The translations under genes and the position numbers were made by a program. Below, one piece after another: positions 11,256 to 23,305 of a DNA stretch of 64,000 nucleotides. Origin of the DNA: Raillietiella orientalis (Eukaryota); assembly GCA_036172245.1 (NCBI GenBank), contig JAYWIR010000046.1, forward strand, positions 62,001 through 126,000, given 5' to 3'. The notes below the pieces were generated by a model that made no database searches, was not told where the DNA came from, and saw nothing but the letters and a program-made list of their open reading frames with translations. Numbering within the stretch: the stretch's first letter is position 1; each line of letters starts with the position of its first letter.

Positions 11256-14240
11256 TGTGTCTCTCTGTGGTAAATTATGCAGTTAGCTTCTAAAATGATG
11301 TCACAACTCTTCATTCGTGCTCAGTTGTGTTTATGAATTCCTAAATGAAAACTATTCAGAAATCAACTATTAACACTGTGCTTGAACAATCAAAAAAGAC
11401 ACTAGCAATATTATCTTGAAAATAATTTTTGTGTAGCCTTTAACTCGAAAATTCACATTCGGAAACAGAAGTCGTTTAAAAGAAAATTTTAAAAAGTATT
11501 AGTACGATGTGATTTAAATATCAAGAATATGCACGATGCATTCAGTTTTGCAGCTAATATTGACTTGCTGTGAATTTGCATATTTGCATAAGAAAATTTT
11601 ACATTCAGAGCTTTAAGCAACACTTGAAATGAACTTGACAATTCTCAAGGCAGACAGAAATGAAAGAAAAAGCATGACAGAAATGGGTTGAGGACATTAT
11701 GTTGTGAATTCCTGTGTCCTCCATTCTTAATCTTCTAGTCATCAGAAGAATACAAACTCTGAACACGTTTGAACTTTTTCTACGTGTTAAAGGGTCTTTG
11801 ATGCACCCTTTGCAGTTGTATGGAGCAAGAAGCGAGCGCAGAATTTGACTTGCAAAACCATGGCTATCTGTACAGCCTTTGGTAAAGAAAAAATACAGCA
11901 TTCAGAAATTAAAAACCGATTTCAAATAGGGCACTGGATTCTTTAGTATTGCTTAGGCAAAAGAGTGGTGAAAAGTCACAGCTAAAATTCAGTTGCAAAA
12001 TGAAATTTCTCTACAAAGCGAAAGGAGATTCACTTTGCTGGCATGCGAGGCAGGCAAACTGCGGGAAATGATTAGATTGTGCACGCAGCCAGGAAGGCAG
12101 TGAATATATGCAAAGAACTTTTATCCTTATTCAAACATTCATAAAGCAGTGACTACAACTACATATTCTATTACCTTTATTAATCATAATTTTTAAATCA
12201 TTACTTGAACTCAAGAAAATTTCTGTGTGCATAATGAAATTTTTGTCAATAAGTACAGAATACAAGAAGCTGCCCCCTAGATTCAGGACAGGGAGCATAT
12301 TTCCAGCAAATAAAATATCTGTCAGAGTTTTTCAAACTGATGTTTACTTTGAGTGCATGCTTAAATCACAATGCGCTGGTGCGTGCACGTTTTACGCAGT
12401 AAGAGAATAATTCCGTCTCCAACAGGTCGAAGATGACAGCAAAAACTATTAGATTTCCAAAAACAGATACATCCGATCATTAATCTGGAAAGCTGACCAA
12501 ATTAAATAGTAACTGTAAAACTGGTTACTAGATTTTCATGCAAAGTTCTCATCCTTTTGCTTCATCTTTTTGCTTCTCCCCAGTTTCACGTCTTATGGAC
12601 GTAACTGTTGTTTAACAAGTCGATTTTTTGAGCTATTATCTTCATTTTCTTTCCAGCCAATTACCAGAACTGATAACTCGAGTAAAATAGCTCACCTAAT
12701 GGTTAAACCTGTGAAATTATAGATCACTCATATGACATAAAAGAGAAATGAAATTATAAGATGGCTACTGTGCATAGGATGTTTAAGAACTTGGCGTCTA
12801 TACATTTCTGGAAGTCATACAGCTTGTAGCGATAAAAGAGTCGTCTACCACTGATTTAAGATTTTAAACATCTCACGTTGGCATGCATCTGATTCTTACT
12901 AGGGAGAGTTTCATAAAATTCGTTCTTATAATGCTTGTACAATGTGTTATTTTAGCCTTAAGTTTTTAGAACACATCAGTCATGGCTTTATACCGACAGT
13001 GTATCGTTTCTATTCTTGTCAGATACAATTGAATAACAAAATACAAGTAAGCAGAAGCCTTCGTAGAATGACTTTGGAAATGGAAGCCTGACTTTTGATA
13101 TTCTATCTGAGCATGCTGAAAGTTCAAAATAACTGCATTTAATTTTATTAGATTTTCTGTTTTTAGTTCAAGATATACTGTATGTGTTTTAGAGAGAGTG
13201 GCTGATGAAATTTTAAACTGAGTTTTATAAGAGGACTGTGCGACTAAGCGACACTTAGTATATGAGCTATAAATTCACAGCTATCTTATAAATTATGCCT
13301 TGCTATCTTATGATTACTAGTCACAAACAAGATTCTTTAATCAGTAGCCTTGTGATTGACTAAAAATACCTTCGTTCATTTTCATCAATTCTAAAAGAAC
13401 TTATATATTATTGTGCATTATCTATAGATGGTTCAGGTATGGCAAAGTGGAAGATAATGTCAATTACACTATGACCATTAAAACATTAGAAAAGTCATAC
13501 ACCCTTATGACCTTACAAGTCTTTTGAAATATTTTTTTTTCTCTAATGAATAAAGCTTATTATGAAAAAAGCCCACAGTGAACAGATGATTTTTAGGCGA
13601 TTCCGTAAAATCATTTTTTTAAAAAAAGAAGTCCTATTTCATAAAACTTGATTGCTGTGCTGAAATTGGTCAGCTCGGTACGCTACATATTTCGAGAAAT
13701 TAACAGCTTAAACTGCAACAGCTTAACGAAATGAATACTATTTCCAAAAAGAATGGCTAAGAGGATAACGTAGTTGGAGTACAAAAATATCTTTTATTTT
13801 GACGAATTTCCATGTGGATTAAGAATGTGAAAGGATTTTGATATCGGATAAAAATGCCTAGGAATTGGAGTCGGCAGAGGAGTTTACTAAATTCTAAATG
13901 TTTACGACGGTTCGTTTCCAACTGCACAGTAATCATGCTGAATCGTGCTTTATCTTCATTTTATATTCATGAATTTATGAAAGCATTTCTAGTGCTTTTT
14001 ATTAAAAAAGCCGATGGCATATCATAAATTGAAATACAAAATTAATAAATCAAAACAAAGTCGAAATTGAGAGCTCCTGAAGTGATTCTCGCAGTCAGCC
14101 TACGATGCACCTGCACGCTGCTTTTGCGTATGGAGAAAATGCAAACTTCCGCGCCCGTGCCCTTCGTGTTTGTTTGGGTTTCCGAAGCGATTAAGTTGCT
14201 TGGAAAGTGAGCTGTCTTGGAATTGGAATAAATAATAGTT

Positions 14241-16220
14241 ATGGGTAAGAGGCAGCATCAGAAGGATAAACTGTAAGTTTGGAGGATAAGCGTATTTTCT
14301 CGAAATATTTAGTAACATTTTGGCACTCATTTCTCAGTTTCTAATATTAAGGAATGTTCTCAGTTTATCGCTTGTAACGATAATTTATGTATTTTAACGT
14401 AGTTACATTACATGTACGGAATGGTCAACGTTATATGGCGGAAAAGCCGCTGCTGCCAAAGATACTGCTGAGAAAAGAGAATTCAGAAGACTCCCTTTTG
14501 ATCATTGCTCCTTGAATCTGCAGCAGTTCGAAAATCCTTATTGTTCTCCTGAGGGGCACATTTTTGATTTACTTGCAATTGTACCATATTTAAAGAAATA
14601 CAAGACAAATCCCGTTACAGGAAAGGTAAACTGTTTTGCCCAAGAATGTCATTTAGTATTTTGTTTTAGCCACTTGACATCAAAGATCTAATTAAACTTA
14701 ATTTTCATAAAAACAGCGAGGGACAGTATCATTGCCCTGTCTTATATCGTGCGTTCACCCCAAATTCACACATTGTTGCAATCAGAACATCTGGGAATGT
14801 TATGTCATATGAAGTAAGCCTCAGCCTTTCTTGTTCAGTCTTGGGGTTGTTGACTGTTGATTTAGGCCATTGATGAACTTAACATCAAAGTTAAGAATTG
14901 GAGAGAACTCCTAACAGATGAACCTTTTGCACGTAATGACATCATTGAGATTCAAGATCCTTCAGATCTGAGCAAATTCAATTTAGAAACATTTCTACAT
15001 TTGAAAAATAACTTGAAAGTGGAAGATGAAGATGAACGACGTGCCAAGTGTGATCCACTATATCATTTGAAAGTTGTTAGTACAGAAACAAAGGATACGT
15101 TGGATCAATTGAAAAAAGATTATAAACCGGCAGAAGAAAAAGAGTGCAAGCCAGAAAAACCAAAAGCTGATAAACTGAATGCTGTAGGTTTCTGAAAAGC
15201 AAATACATTATGCATAATGAAAAGTTTTTTTTTTTAGGCTCATTTTAGCACTGGCATGGTAGCAGCTAGTCTTACTTCCACAGTGATGGAACCACAGACA
15301 GAACAAGAAGCAGCAATCGTTGATGAAGATGAAGTCATATACAAAAGAGTAAAAAAGAAAGGTAGTTAGAAAAACAAAAAAAATGTATTATAATGTTGTT
15401 TTAGGATATGTGCGTTTGATAACGAATCTTGGACCATTGAATTTGGAACTACATTGTGATTTAGTACCACGCACATGCCACAATTTTCTACAACTCTGTC
15501 ATCAAAATGTATATAACAAAACCATTTTCCACCGTTCCATCAGGAATTTTATGGTTATTGTATAACTTTGTTCCCTCCATATCTTAACCTTTAACCTGTT
15601 TATAGATCCAAGGCGGTGATCCTACAGGTAGTGGTCATGGTGGCTACTCCATTTGGAGAAAACCATTCCCTGATGAGTTTCGACCTCAGTTGACACATAC
15701 TGGGCGTGGCATCCTCAGCATGGCAAATACAGGACCAAATACAAATGGCAGCCAGTTTTTCATTACATTTCGGTCTTGTCGCCATTTAGATCGAAAGCAT
15801 ACAGTCTTTGGTCGTGTGGTGGGTGGACTAGAAACTCTAAACACCATTGAGCGGATTCCCACTAATGAGGAAGATCGGCCTTTGCATGATATCCGGATTG
15901 AACGAGCTGAAGTCTTTGTTAATCCTTTTGCTGATGCAGAAGAAGGAGTACGGCAGGAGCGTGAGGCTGTGCTTATTAAGGAGAAGGAGGAAAAACAATC
16001 TTCTCAAGATGTATCTCTTAAGCTGCATGCATACCATCATGGTGTTGGCAAATACATTAATTTTAATGCCAAAAAATCTAAGTATGTCAGAATCATTATG
16101 CAAAAGAACAAGTATAACTGTTATTACAGGTCGGAAAATGAATTACAAAAAAATACTCATTCTGCATCAAAAAAGAAACGTGCTGATGGATACGAATTTT
16201 CTGAGTTTTCTGGATGGTAA
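14241..16220 (+). CDS. PPIL2: Cyclophilin/U-box protein PPIL2 (CYP60; C. elegans mog-6/cyn-4 family), 8 exons
   Basis: Exons 14241-14272, 14403-14625, 14670-14813, 14866-15183, 15238-15361, 15405-15553, 15606-16081, 16130-16220, all GT-AG. Starts [19 protein letters not shown]-box [17 protein letters not shown]; cyclophilin [38 protein letters not shown]; ends FSEFSGW*. Confidence 0.97.
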
Positions 16221-16242
16221 CAATGGTTGCTACAATTTGCAG

Positions 16243-18130
16243 TCAAAGAATGTACTGAAAACCAAGGTGGTCTCGTTTGAGGTGAGGAATATCCCACATC
16301 CATGGAACATCAGACTGAGAATATGGTGTCAGTGGCACATCATAAGGCAGATTGAGATAGCCTTCTCCACCAGGACATGACCCCTTTTGTATTTGCAGTG
16401 TAGAAAAGCCCTAAACTGTATGTGTAACATATTTGGATTGTGCCAACTTACCCATAAACTTGGAATAAATAGCACTCCAACTTCAAATGAACGTATAAAT
16501 AGTTGCTGACCATTTTTCTGTAAGCATCCCCATGCTGCTTTGCTTAAGTTAGCACTTGTAAGTAGAAACCATGCCAATCTGCTTCCATCAGGATTCAGAC
16601 AGGTGTATGTTTTGATATGTGGTGAGGCATTAGTTCTTTGACGATTTTCACTGATCCATAAGCTATCAGACATTCACTTTACTGCAAAATTAATATTAAA
16701 TTTTACTGCATAAATTGCTGAAGCCATTTTTGGTGCTGATGAGTGTGATATGAGTAAGGCAGTGATCCTCCAGATCTGTAGCCATCATAGCTGCTTCGAA
16801 CATTTTCCACAGAAGGGAAAATCTGCAGAACACAATCAAGAATGGCTATGAAGACACCAACCAACTTTAAATGTCGTGATGAGCCGTGTGGTCGTCCCCC
16901 AATTAAACTTTCATAAAATTCACCTTCTAACCACTGTTGAGAAGTGTGGCCCAGTTTCCCAATTGAAGAACATTGCATAACAATAGGCCATGTAGTAATT
17001 TCATCACCAAAAGCAGTAGTCTGTAAGATTTGTCTTAGCTGCAAATGACCACATTTTAAAGATGTGTGTCGCCCTGGTGTGGAATATATGAAATAAACTC
17101 TTTAAGACAATAGAAATCTAGCGTGGCAACCTTTAAAAGTACCTAATGCTGGAAAAATCATGATTGTGCACTTTCTGCAACCAAGCTTTTCCAGAAGGCA
17201 AATAGTCGTAATTTTTCAAATAACTCAAGAGAGCACTTTTAAAACCTGTAGGAGATTCACCAAATGTGGGATCCTTTTCAGTGCACTGAATTATTGGCAG
17301 TAAATTGCTCACCCAAATTCTTAATATGTGATTAAGGTTATTCAAACAGAGATCACTTACCCCTGTGTCTTGTTCATCCAATCATCTTGAATGAGATTGG
17401 CTGTATGTATTACAATCCTTAGGCCATCATGATATTTTAGTAGCATCATCTTACTACACAAGCAAGCAAACAGAATGTTTTTTTACTCTATTTGACTTAC
17501 CTATGATGAGTACCAAATGGAAAAGGCATATTGATCTTATGTGCTGTAACATTAGGGTGTTTTTTAACATCTTCAGAGATTTGCTTCTCTGCATTTTTAT
17601 CCCCATGAAATATAAGTAAAGGTTTTCCACTAATACCAATTTAATCAATTACCTTTTATACTACCTTTATACTTACCGATGACCAGCTTTTGCATACGCA
17701 GCACAAAGCCAATTAACATCCACCATGTAATTTATTTGAAGAGATTCTTTTATTTCTCCAATTAATGGACTCAGCAAATCTGACAGCAAATGAGAACTTT
17801 AAACTGTAAAAACCCAGTAAATTTAGCAACATCTGCTTCATGAAGTATGTACACGGCATAAACTGGTCTGAACTGTTTTCTTGAGAAATATTGTTACTTA
17901 CTTATCAACGAAATCTTTAAAAATCTAAACTAAATTTTAATTTGTATATATATGAAAGACACATTTGGGGATAAAGCAGATTTCTGTTAACTAAAACATG
18001 ACAAACCTAATATTGACAGAGTTAATGGTTCCTCAGAACTATCATTTCTTGCAGCAACCTTATTGAGAAAAAATCCAAAGGGTTCTGCTGCCATTAATTT
18101 ATCAATAACATTATACTGGAAGGTAGCCAT
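16243..18130 (-). CDS. TDP1: Tyrosyl-DNA phosphodiesterase 1, multi-exon (start codon tentative)
   Basis: Spliced frame gives [11 protein letters not shown], the first catalytic motif [43 protein letters not shown], the second motif [31 protein letters not shown] and [12 protein letters not shown]. Stop TGA at 16245-16243. Confidence 0.95.
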
Positions 18131-18449
18131 CCTGGCATTTGAGTATTTCACTTTTAAAAAAACTTTGAAGATGTCGTTTGATTTTTTAATTGTTCAACGA
18201 TGCCTGGAAACACAAATCGAAATTATTGGTTCATCTCTCAAAAGGGCATTCCTTTTTCGTTTCTCTCTAGCAAATCAAAGTTGAAAGAATATCAATGTGT
18301 AATAAAATATAAATAATATCAAAGGAATGGAATGGAAATAATATGAAAGGTACACTCCTTGTTTTTCTCAAGAATTAAAGAATAACTGGAACCGCATTGC
18401 TGGACCTACAGCGGGAAAATAGCAGCGGTTCAACGCATTTGCGCAAAGT

Positions 18450-19650
18450 TTTATGATTATTTATGAGCAGTTCACGAGAACCTCTTCATCTCAATCTTCT
18501 GTTGCCATAACCAAATTGTCACTCATAATTTTCAAACACTGTTTCAAAAATGGAACGCATTATTTTCCAACTGTTTTCACAGTTAGCAAAATAAACACCT
18601 GCACTAAATGCAAATAAATTATTGCATTGCTCAAACCAAACAAATGTCTTCGAAAGCAAAGAGTATCTGAAAATTTCTACTTGTTTTTGAAACAACTCTA
18701 CCATGAAGATACCAGACAATAAAATGACAAATTAGGCAAATTTCTCAAAGGGGAAAAATAGTTTCTCAAAATCCCGTTATGTCAAAAAAAAAAATTCGTA
18801 TGGATCAAATTGCCTATATTTTCACTGACGAATCCCAAATTATCATTTCCAAATGTGGTTCTCAAGAGTGTATCGGGGGAGAACTTGCATAGGGAAACCA
18901 TCATTACAAAATATTATTAATTTATTGGGGGAAAAGAATAAAAGAAACAAGTTGAAATGAGACCGAAGTCCTTGACCAGCTATTATACAGTTTGAAATAA
19001 ACCCATTTGTAGAAGTAATGTGGAAACGACAAACTACACAACTATGACTTCAGTACCATATGTGATTGAAACATAACATGAGACATGAAACATAACATTT
19101 TCAAAGAAACTCATTTGTAAATCGGAACGAAGATTGTTCTGGATAACTTTTGCTTTACTGATATTATACGTGTAACAAATGCGAAGTACCACTAAGAATG
19201 ATCGAAATTGGTGTTTTACAAGTGCACACAGATAGGGGCGTGCATGCGAGATTGCATCAAAGATTAGATCTACAAACCGAAAATAAGCAATTGTGTAGAT
19301 TTGGAATCACTCTAAGTGGTAACGCTAATTCTTTTCAAGAAAACCATCAAAACAGAGTAGGATCTTATGAAATTGGCACAAATGAAATATGGTCACTTGC
19401 GATATGAGAAATAAATTGATCTCGTGTTCGTATGAATTAGAATAAAATCATCACATTGAAGGAAGCCGAAATTTTCACTGCAATTTAATCCAAAGACCAA
19501 ATATATGAGTTTTAAATAGCAGTTTTTTGTTCTTTTACAAAAGCCAATCAATTGCTTATATTGCATTTATACCATAGCAATCTCGACGGCTTCCTGAAGT
19601 TTCCATGTCCAAAGATTAGCATCTCTTTATGATTATTTATGAGCAGTTCA
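18450..19650 (+). repeat. Exact 25-bp direct repeat pair (18450-18474 and 19626-19650)
   Basis: TTTATGATTATTTATGAGCAGTTCA at both positions. Confidence 0.9.
18740..18890 (+). mobile_element. Faint Tc1/mariner transposase remnant
   Basis: YIFTDESQI (18815-18841) resembles the first catalytic-Asp motif (VIFTDES) of Tc1-family transposases. No TIRs found. Confidence 0.3.
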
Positions 19651-19684
19651 TTCTTTCTCAAGGCCGATAGCCATCTCAACTTTA

Positions 19685-21040
19685 AGGATTATTATATGCA
19701 AATGAAGAAACTGAATGCCATGCCATGATATATTTTTTCTAATTTCAATTCTCTCTTTGAAACGCGTGGTCACCATAACAAAAGTCCCTAAACTTAAGAA
19801 CTTTTTTTCTTGGAGAGAATGTGGTGAAATTGTTTAAAAACTTAAAAAAAAAAATATTTCAAGATAAAATTTCAGCTCTGTTATATTGGGATCGATTGAC
19901 AACTGATTTCTCAAAACTCAAAAAGTTCTCGAAGAGTTCAACTTCTGAAAGGTAATTAATGTTCATATGTTTATGGACTCACCAGATTCAAAGATAGCAG
20001 TCAAATAATAGCATGACAGTTATCGAAGATAACCGTCATGCTATTACTTCTCATTCTCGATGCTTTCTTGCACACTAGAGTTTGAAGGACTATAGTTTGA
20101 AAGCATATTACTCTATAGAATTCCTATGTCCGCTATTTCCATGAATTTCCTTCCATATTATCGAATGTACTAAAGTATTTCTCTTGCTTTTGTTCCTTAT
20201 ATAAAAATTAGTGAACTTCAAATCGTTCGAAATAATATTTTCAAATCTTCCAAATGAAGTGTATATGTACATAGAATTAATTATGCATTATCTTCAATAA
20301 ATATGAGTTAAAAAATTGTGGTAACCTTGATGAATTTTCAAATGATTATTTGGAGGGGAAGTTCACGGAGTTTCTAATCTTTTTTTTTTTTTTCTTATTG
20401 CCATTTAATAGGTGGATGATTTCGTCTGAAAATAAAGTTTAGGTATCAATCAAATTTCCTCATTGCCTTGATTTCCTCAAGTGTATTCAGTATTAAATAA
20501 AGGTATCTATCGGTCTTGATTATTTGTCTCAGCAATTGTTTACTCGATTTTCAAATTTATGGAGTTTGAACACCTTGTTCTTATGATTTTCTCTTCCTTT
20601 CATAAAAAAAACAAATTCGTTTTAATGAGTTCCTGTATTCAGGGATATCTAATTTTAAATCTCTGTAAATTCTTGAAATTTTCATGTATCCTAGTAATGT
20701 TCACGTAGCACAAATATTAAGACTTAATGATGAATACAAATAAATTTCATTTTCCTTAAAAATAAAGCTTGATATTCCCGAACAAACATGCTACATCAAT
20801 ACCACTATAGATTTCTCACAGTATGAGAAATTGAAGGAAAACATAAAATAGTTAAAATTTTTGATGAGATGTCAGATTTTAACCTCTTTGAATTCTGCAC
20901 CTAATCAGTAAGCTTTTAAAAAAAATTACTGCATGAAAAAATGTTTGCGAAAGTTTACTTTTATAAGCAAGAATTTGACAAGTTGAATTAAACTGAAACT
21001 AGTATCTCAGGATTATTATATGCAAATGAAGAAACTGAAT
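19685..21040 (+). repeat. Exact 32-bp direct repeat pair (19685-19716 and 21009-21040)
   Basis: AGGATTATTATATGCAAATGAAGAAACTGAAT at both positions. It contains the octamer ATGCAAAT. Confidence 0.9.
20006..20046. repeat. Inverted repeat, 19-bp arms (1 mismatch), GAA loop
   Basis: TAATAGCATGACAGTTATC-GAA-GATAACCGTCATGCTATTA. Confidence 0.9.
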
Positions 21041-21045
21041 TCGAT

Positions 21046-21120
21046 ATATGTTCCACTCGAACACGGCTTTATGTTTCAATAGCATGATCTAGCACCATTG
21101 AAAACTTGGGGAGTGTATAC
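21046..21120 (+). mobile_element. Faint, internally deleted Tc1 transposase remnant
   Basis: FMFQ*HDLAP is followed directly, in another frame, by IENLG. These resemble the Tc1 FQQD(N/L)AP and PIENLW motifs fused by a deletion. Confidence 0.35.
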
Positions 21121-23305
21121 ATTGTTTGCAAATTTAGATAAGAGATCCTATTAACTAACCATTAGATGAGCATAAGTTTGAGGTTTCGTCTTGAAACTTG
21201 TCTTGACAAGGAGATTTAATAAAAGTCTACTTATATTTTTTGATGTCGCAAAAAAACAAATCTGAGGCTCCATACGTTTGTGGAAGCAGAAAGTTCAATT
21301 TCGAAAGGCAACATAGGAATGGTTTTCCGAAAGAAAGTTTTCACAATCACTAATTAAAATGCCAAGACCATGGCGGAGATTAATGGGCTGATAGAAAAAT
21401 ATGATGACGGAGCTGTTCTTCATACTCACTATTTCGTGAAACACGCAGTTATCTAACAGAGATTTATATTTATGCACATCAAGAAAACAAATTCAGCACA
21501 CTTATTTTCTCAAGTGTTCATTTCTCTCAAATATTCATTTTTCTTCCTTATAATCTTTTTCTCAAGTGATTTTGTTTGCCCAACTATGTTGAAAAAACTA
21601 ATTTAACATCTTGCTGACAGCGGCGGAGCCTAAGGATGGAATTCAATTTTTGGTTTGTACAACTTTTCACTATGCAAAATTATGCTGCACAGTGCAAGCA
21701 ACACGTGGCAAACGATTCCCCTAAGAGTTTCATTTCATAGTCTCATCACATTCAAAAGCCAATACTTCCTTGGCATGAAGACAGGCATCACCAGAGCTTC
21801 TCTGAATCTTTTCCCTGTAGTTTGAATAAATCATTGCTTCTAATGAGTTCACTGAATTTGATTCGAATTTGATTTCCACGAGTTTACAAACCATATGGCG
21901 GTGATTTATGGAATTCTCGATGTTTGCTGTAAGTTTGAAATTAATCGTGATCAACCCAGCTTATATTTCTTTTTCTCCTAAGTGGACGTCTGCTCATTAG
22001 TAAGTTTTTATTTTGTTAGAGGTTTCCTTACGCAAATTTATTTCGATAACTACAAAATTTGACCGGAACATACGTTTGTTTTCATACTGAAGACATTAGT
22101 TAAATTGTTTGATACAAGTCATTTGTACAAAAAAGAATTTTTTAAGAAATGTTCAGATTTTTTTCTTAACTACAGGTCTAGATGAAAATTAAGAGTATCT
22201 CAGAAAAGTATTTATAACTTTTCTGTAGTTATTTAATCACAGCAAATAAAATAAGGTACAAGACTGTTCAAATATACACAACAATGGTACACTCAAAAAC
22301 GGCCAAAAGCACATTAGAAAATTTTATCATAACTGCCGTTCTTTAAATGCTACATTTGCAGCCATTAGGTAAAGGTTTACTATCTGCTGCCTTCCTTATA
22401 ATCTTGTATTTCGCGAAAAACTACTAAGCTGTATATGTGAGTTTTTCTTCTAACATATTGTGAATTTCAGAATAGCCACGTGAGATGTGATTACCTTGTG
22501 TGAAATTTTATTTTTGTAAAGTTAAGATATGGGCTGGAATGTATGAAAGTTTCTGTTACCTTTTTCTATTACCTTAATTGTTTTGAAACTAATTTCTACA
22601 GAACACGGTCAGTTTACTCGGTCAACACAATTTGCTTTGCCTGGCATATGCATATGAGCGTATATCATACGTGAGAAATTATGCTTTATACTTTGCGTGA
22701 ATCAAGTATTGTGCAAACATTGTACAAATAAATCAAACGCTTTACATTTGTGGGTTAGTTTGGGAATTTGAAAAAACAAAAACAAAAAGTCAAATGTAGC
22801 GTTATAGCTAGTAACTATTCCTCCTTTCTATGCAATATGCTACAGAATACGAACTCAAAAGAATGCTTTGGCTATCCTGACGGTAAATAAACTTTTCTCT
22901 TAAATATTTACAAATGACAACTGCAAACAGGAATATCAAATGTAAAACCAAACCGGATGCAGAAATGTGGCTTTGTTTGATTAGTGAAAATCTATCCTGC
23001 TTGGCATCCAAAATACCAGTGTATGTTTAAAATGCAGTTGAAGTGAAATCTTTGTGCGAACTAAATGCTTAATTACTTTTTTAGTAGTTGGATTTGTATA
23101 TCCAAAATTAGTCGTATTGTGAAAGTATCACAAGTTCGTCACAACACAGATTTTGTGTTACTTATTTTGGCAATCGGTTATTATTGCCTCTATTGATTCG
23201 ATGGGATATGATTCTCAGATTTTTTTGGGTATATTTTTGTTGTTTCAATAAATTACTTGCAGGTCTGCTAGTAAGTGAAAATGAGCATCCATGCAAACTT
23301 CTAAA

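Noticed and set aside
15847..16380. 177-aa overlapping ORF on +
   Set aside because: It is an alternative frame over PPIL2 and antisense TDP1 exons, with no recognisable motif.
18450..21040. CRISPR-like interpretation of the 25-32 bp repeats
   Set aside because: Only two copies each, kb-long spacers, a eukaryotic context and no cas genes.
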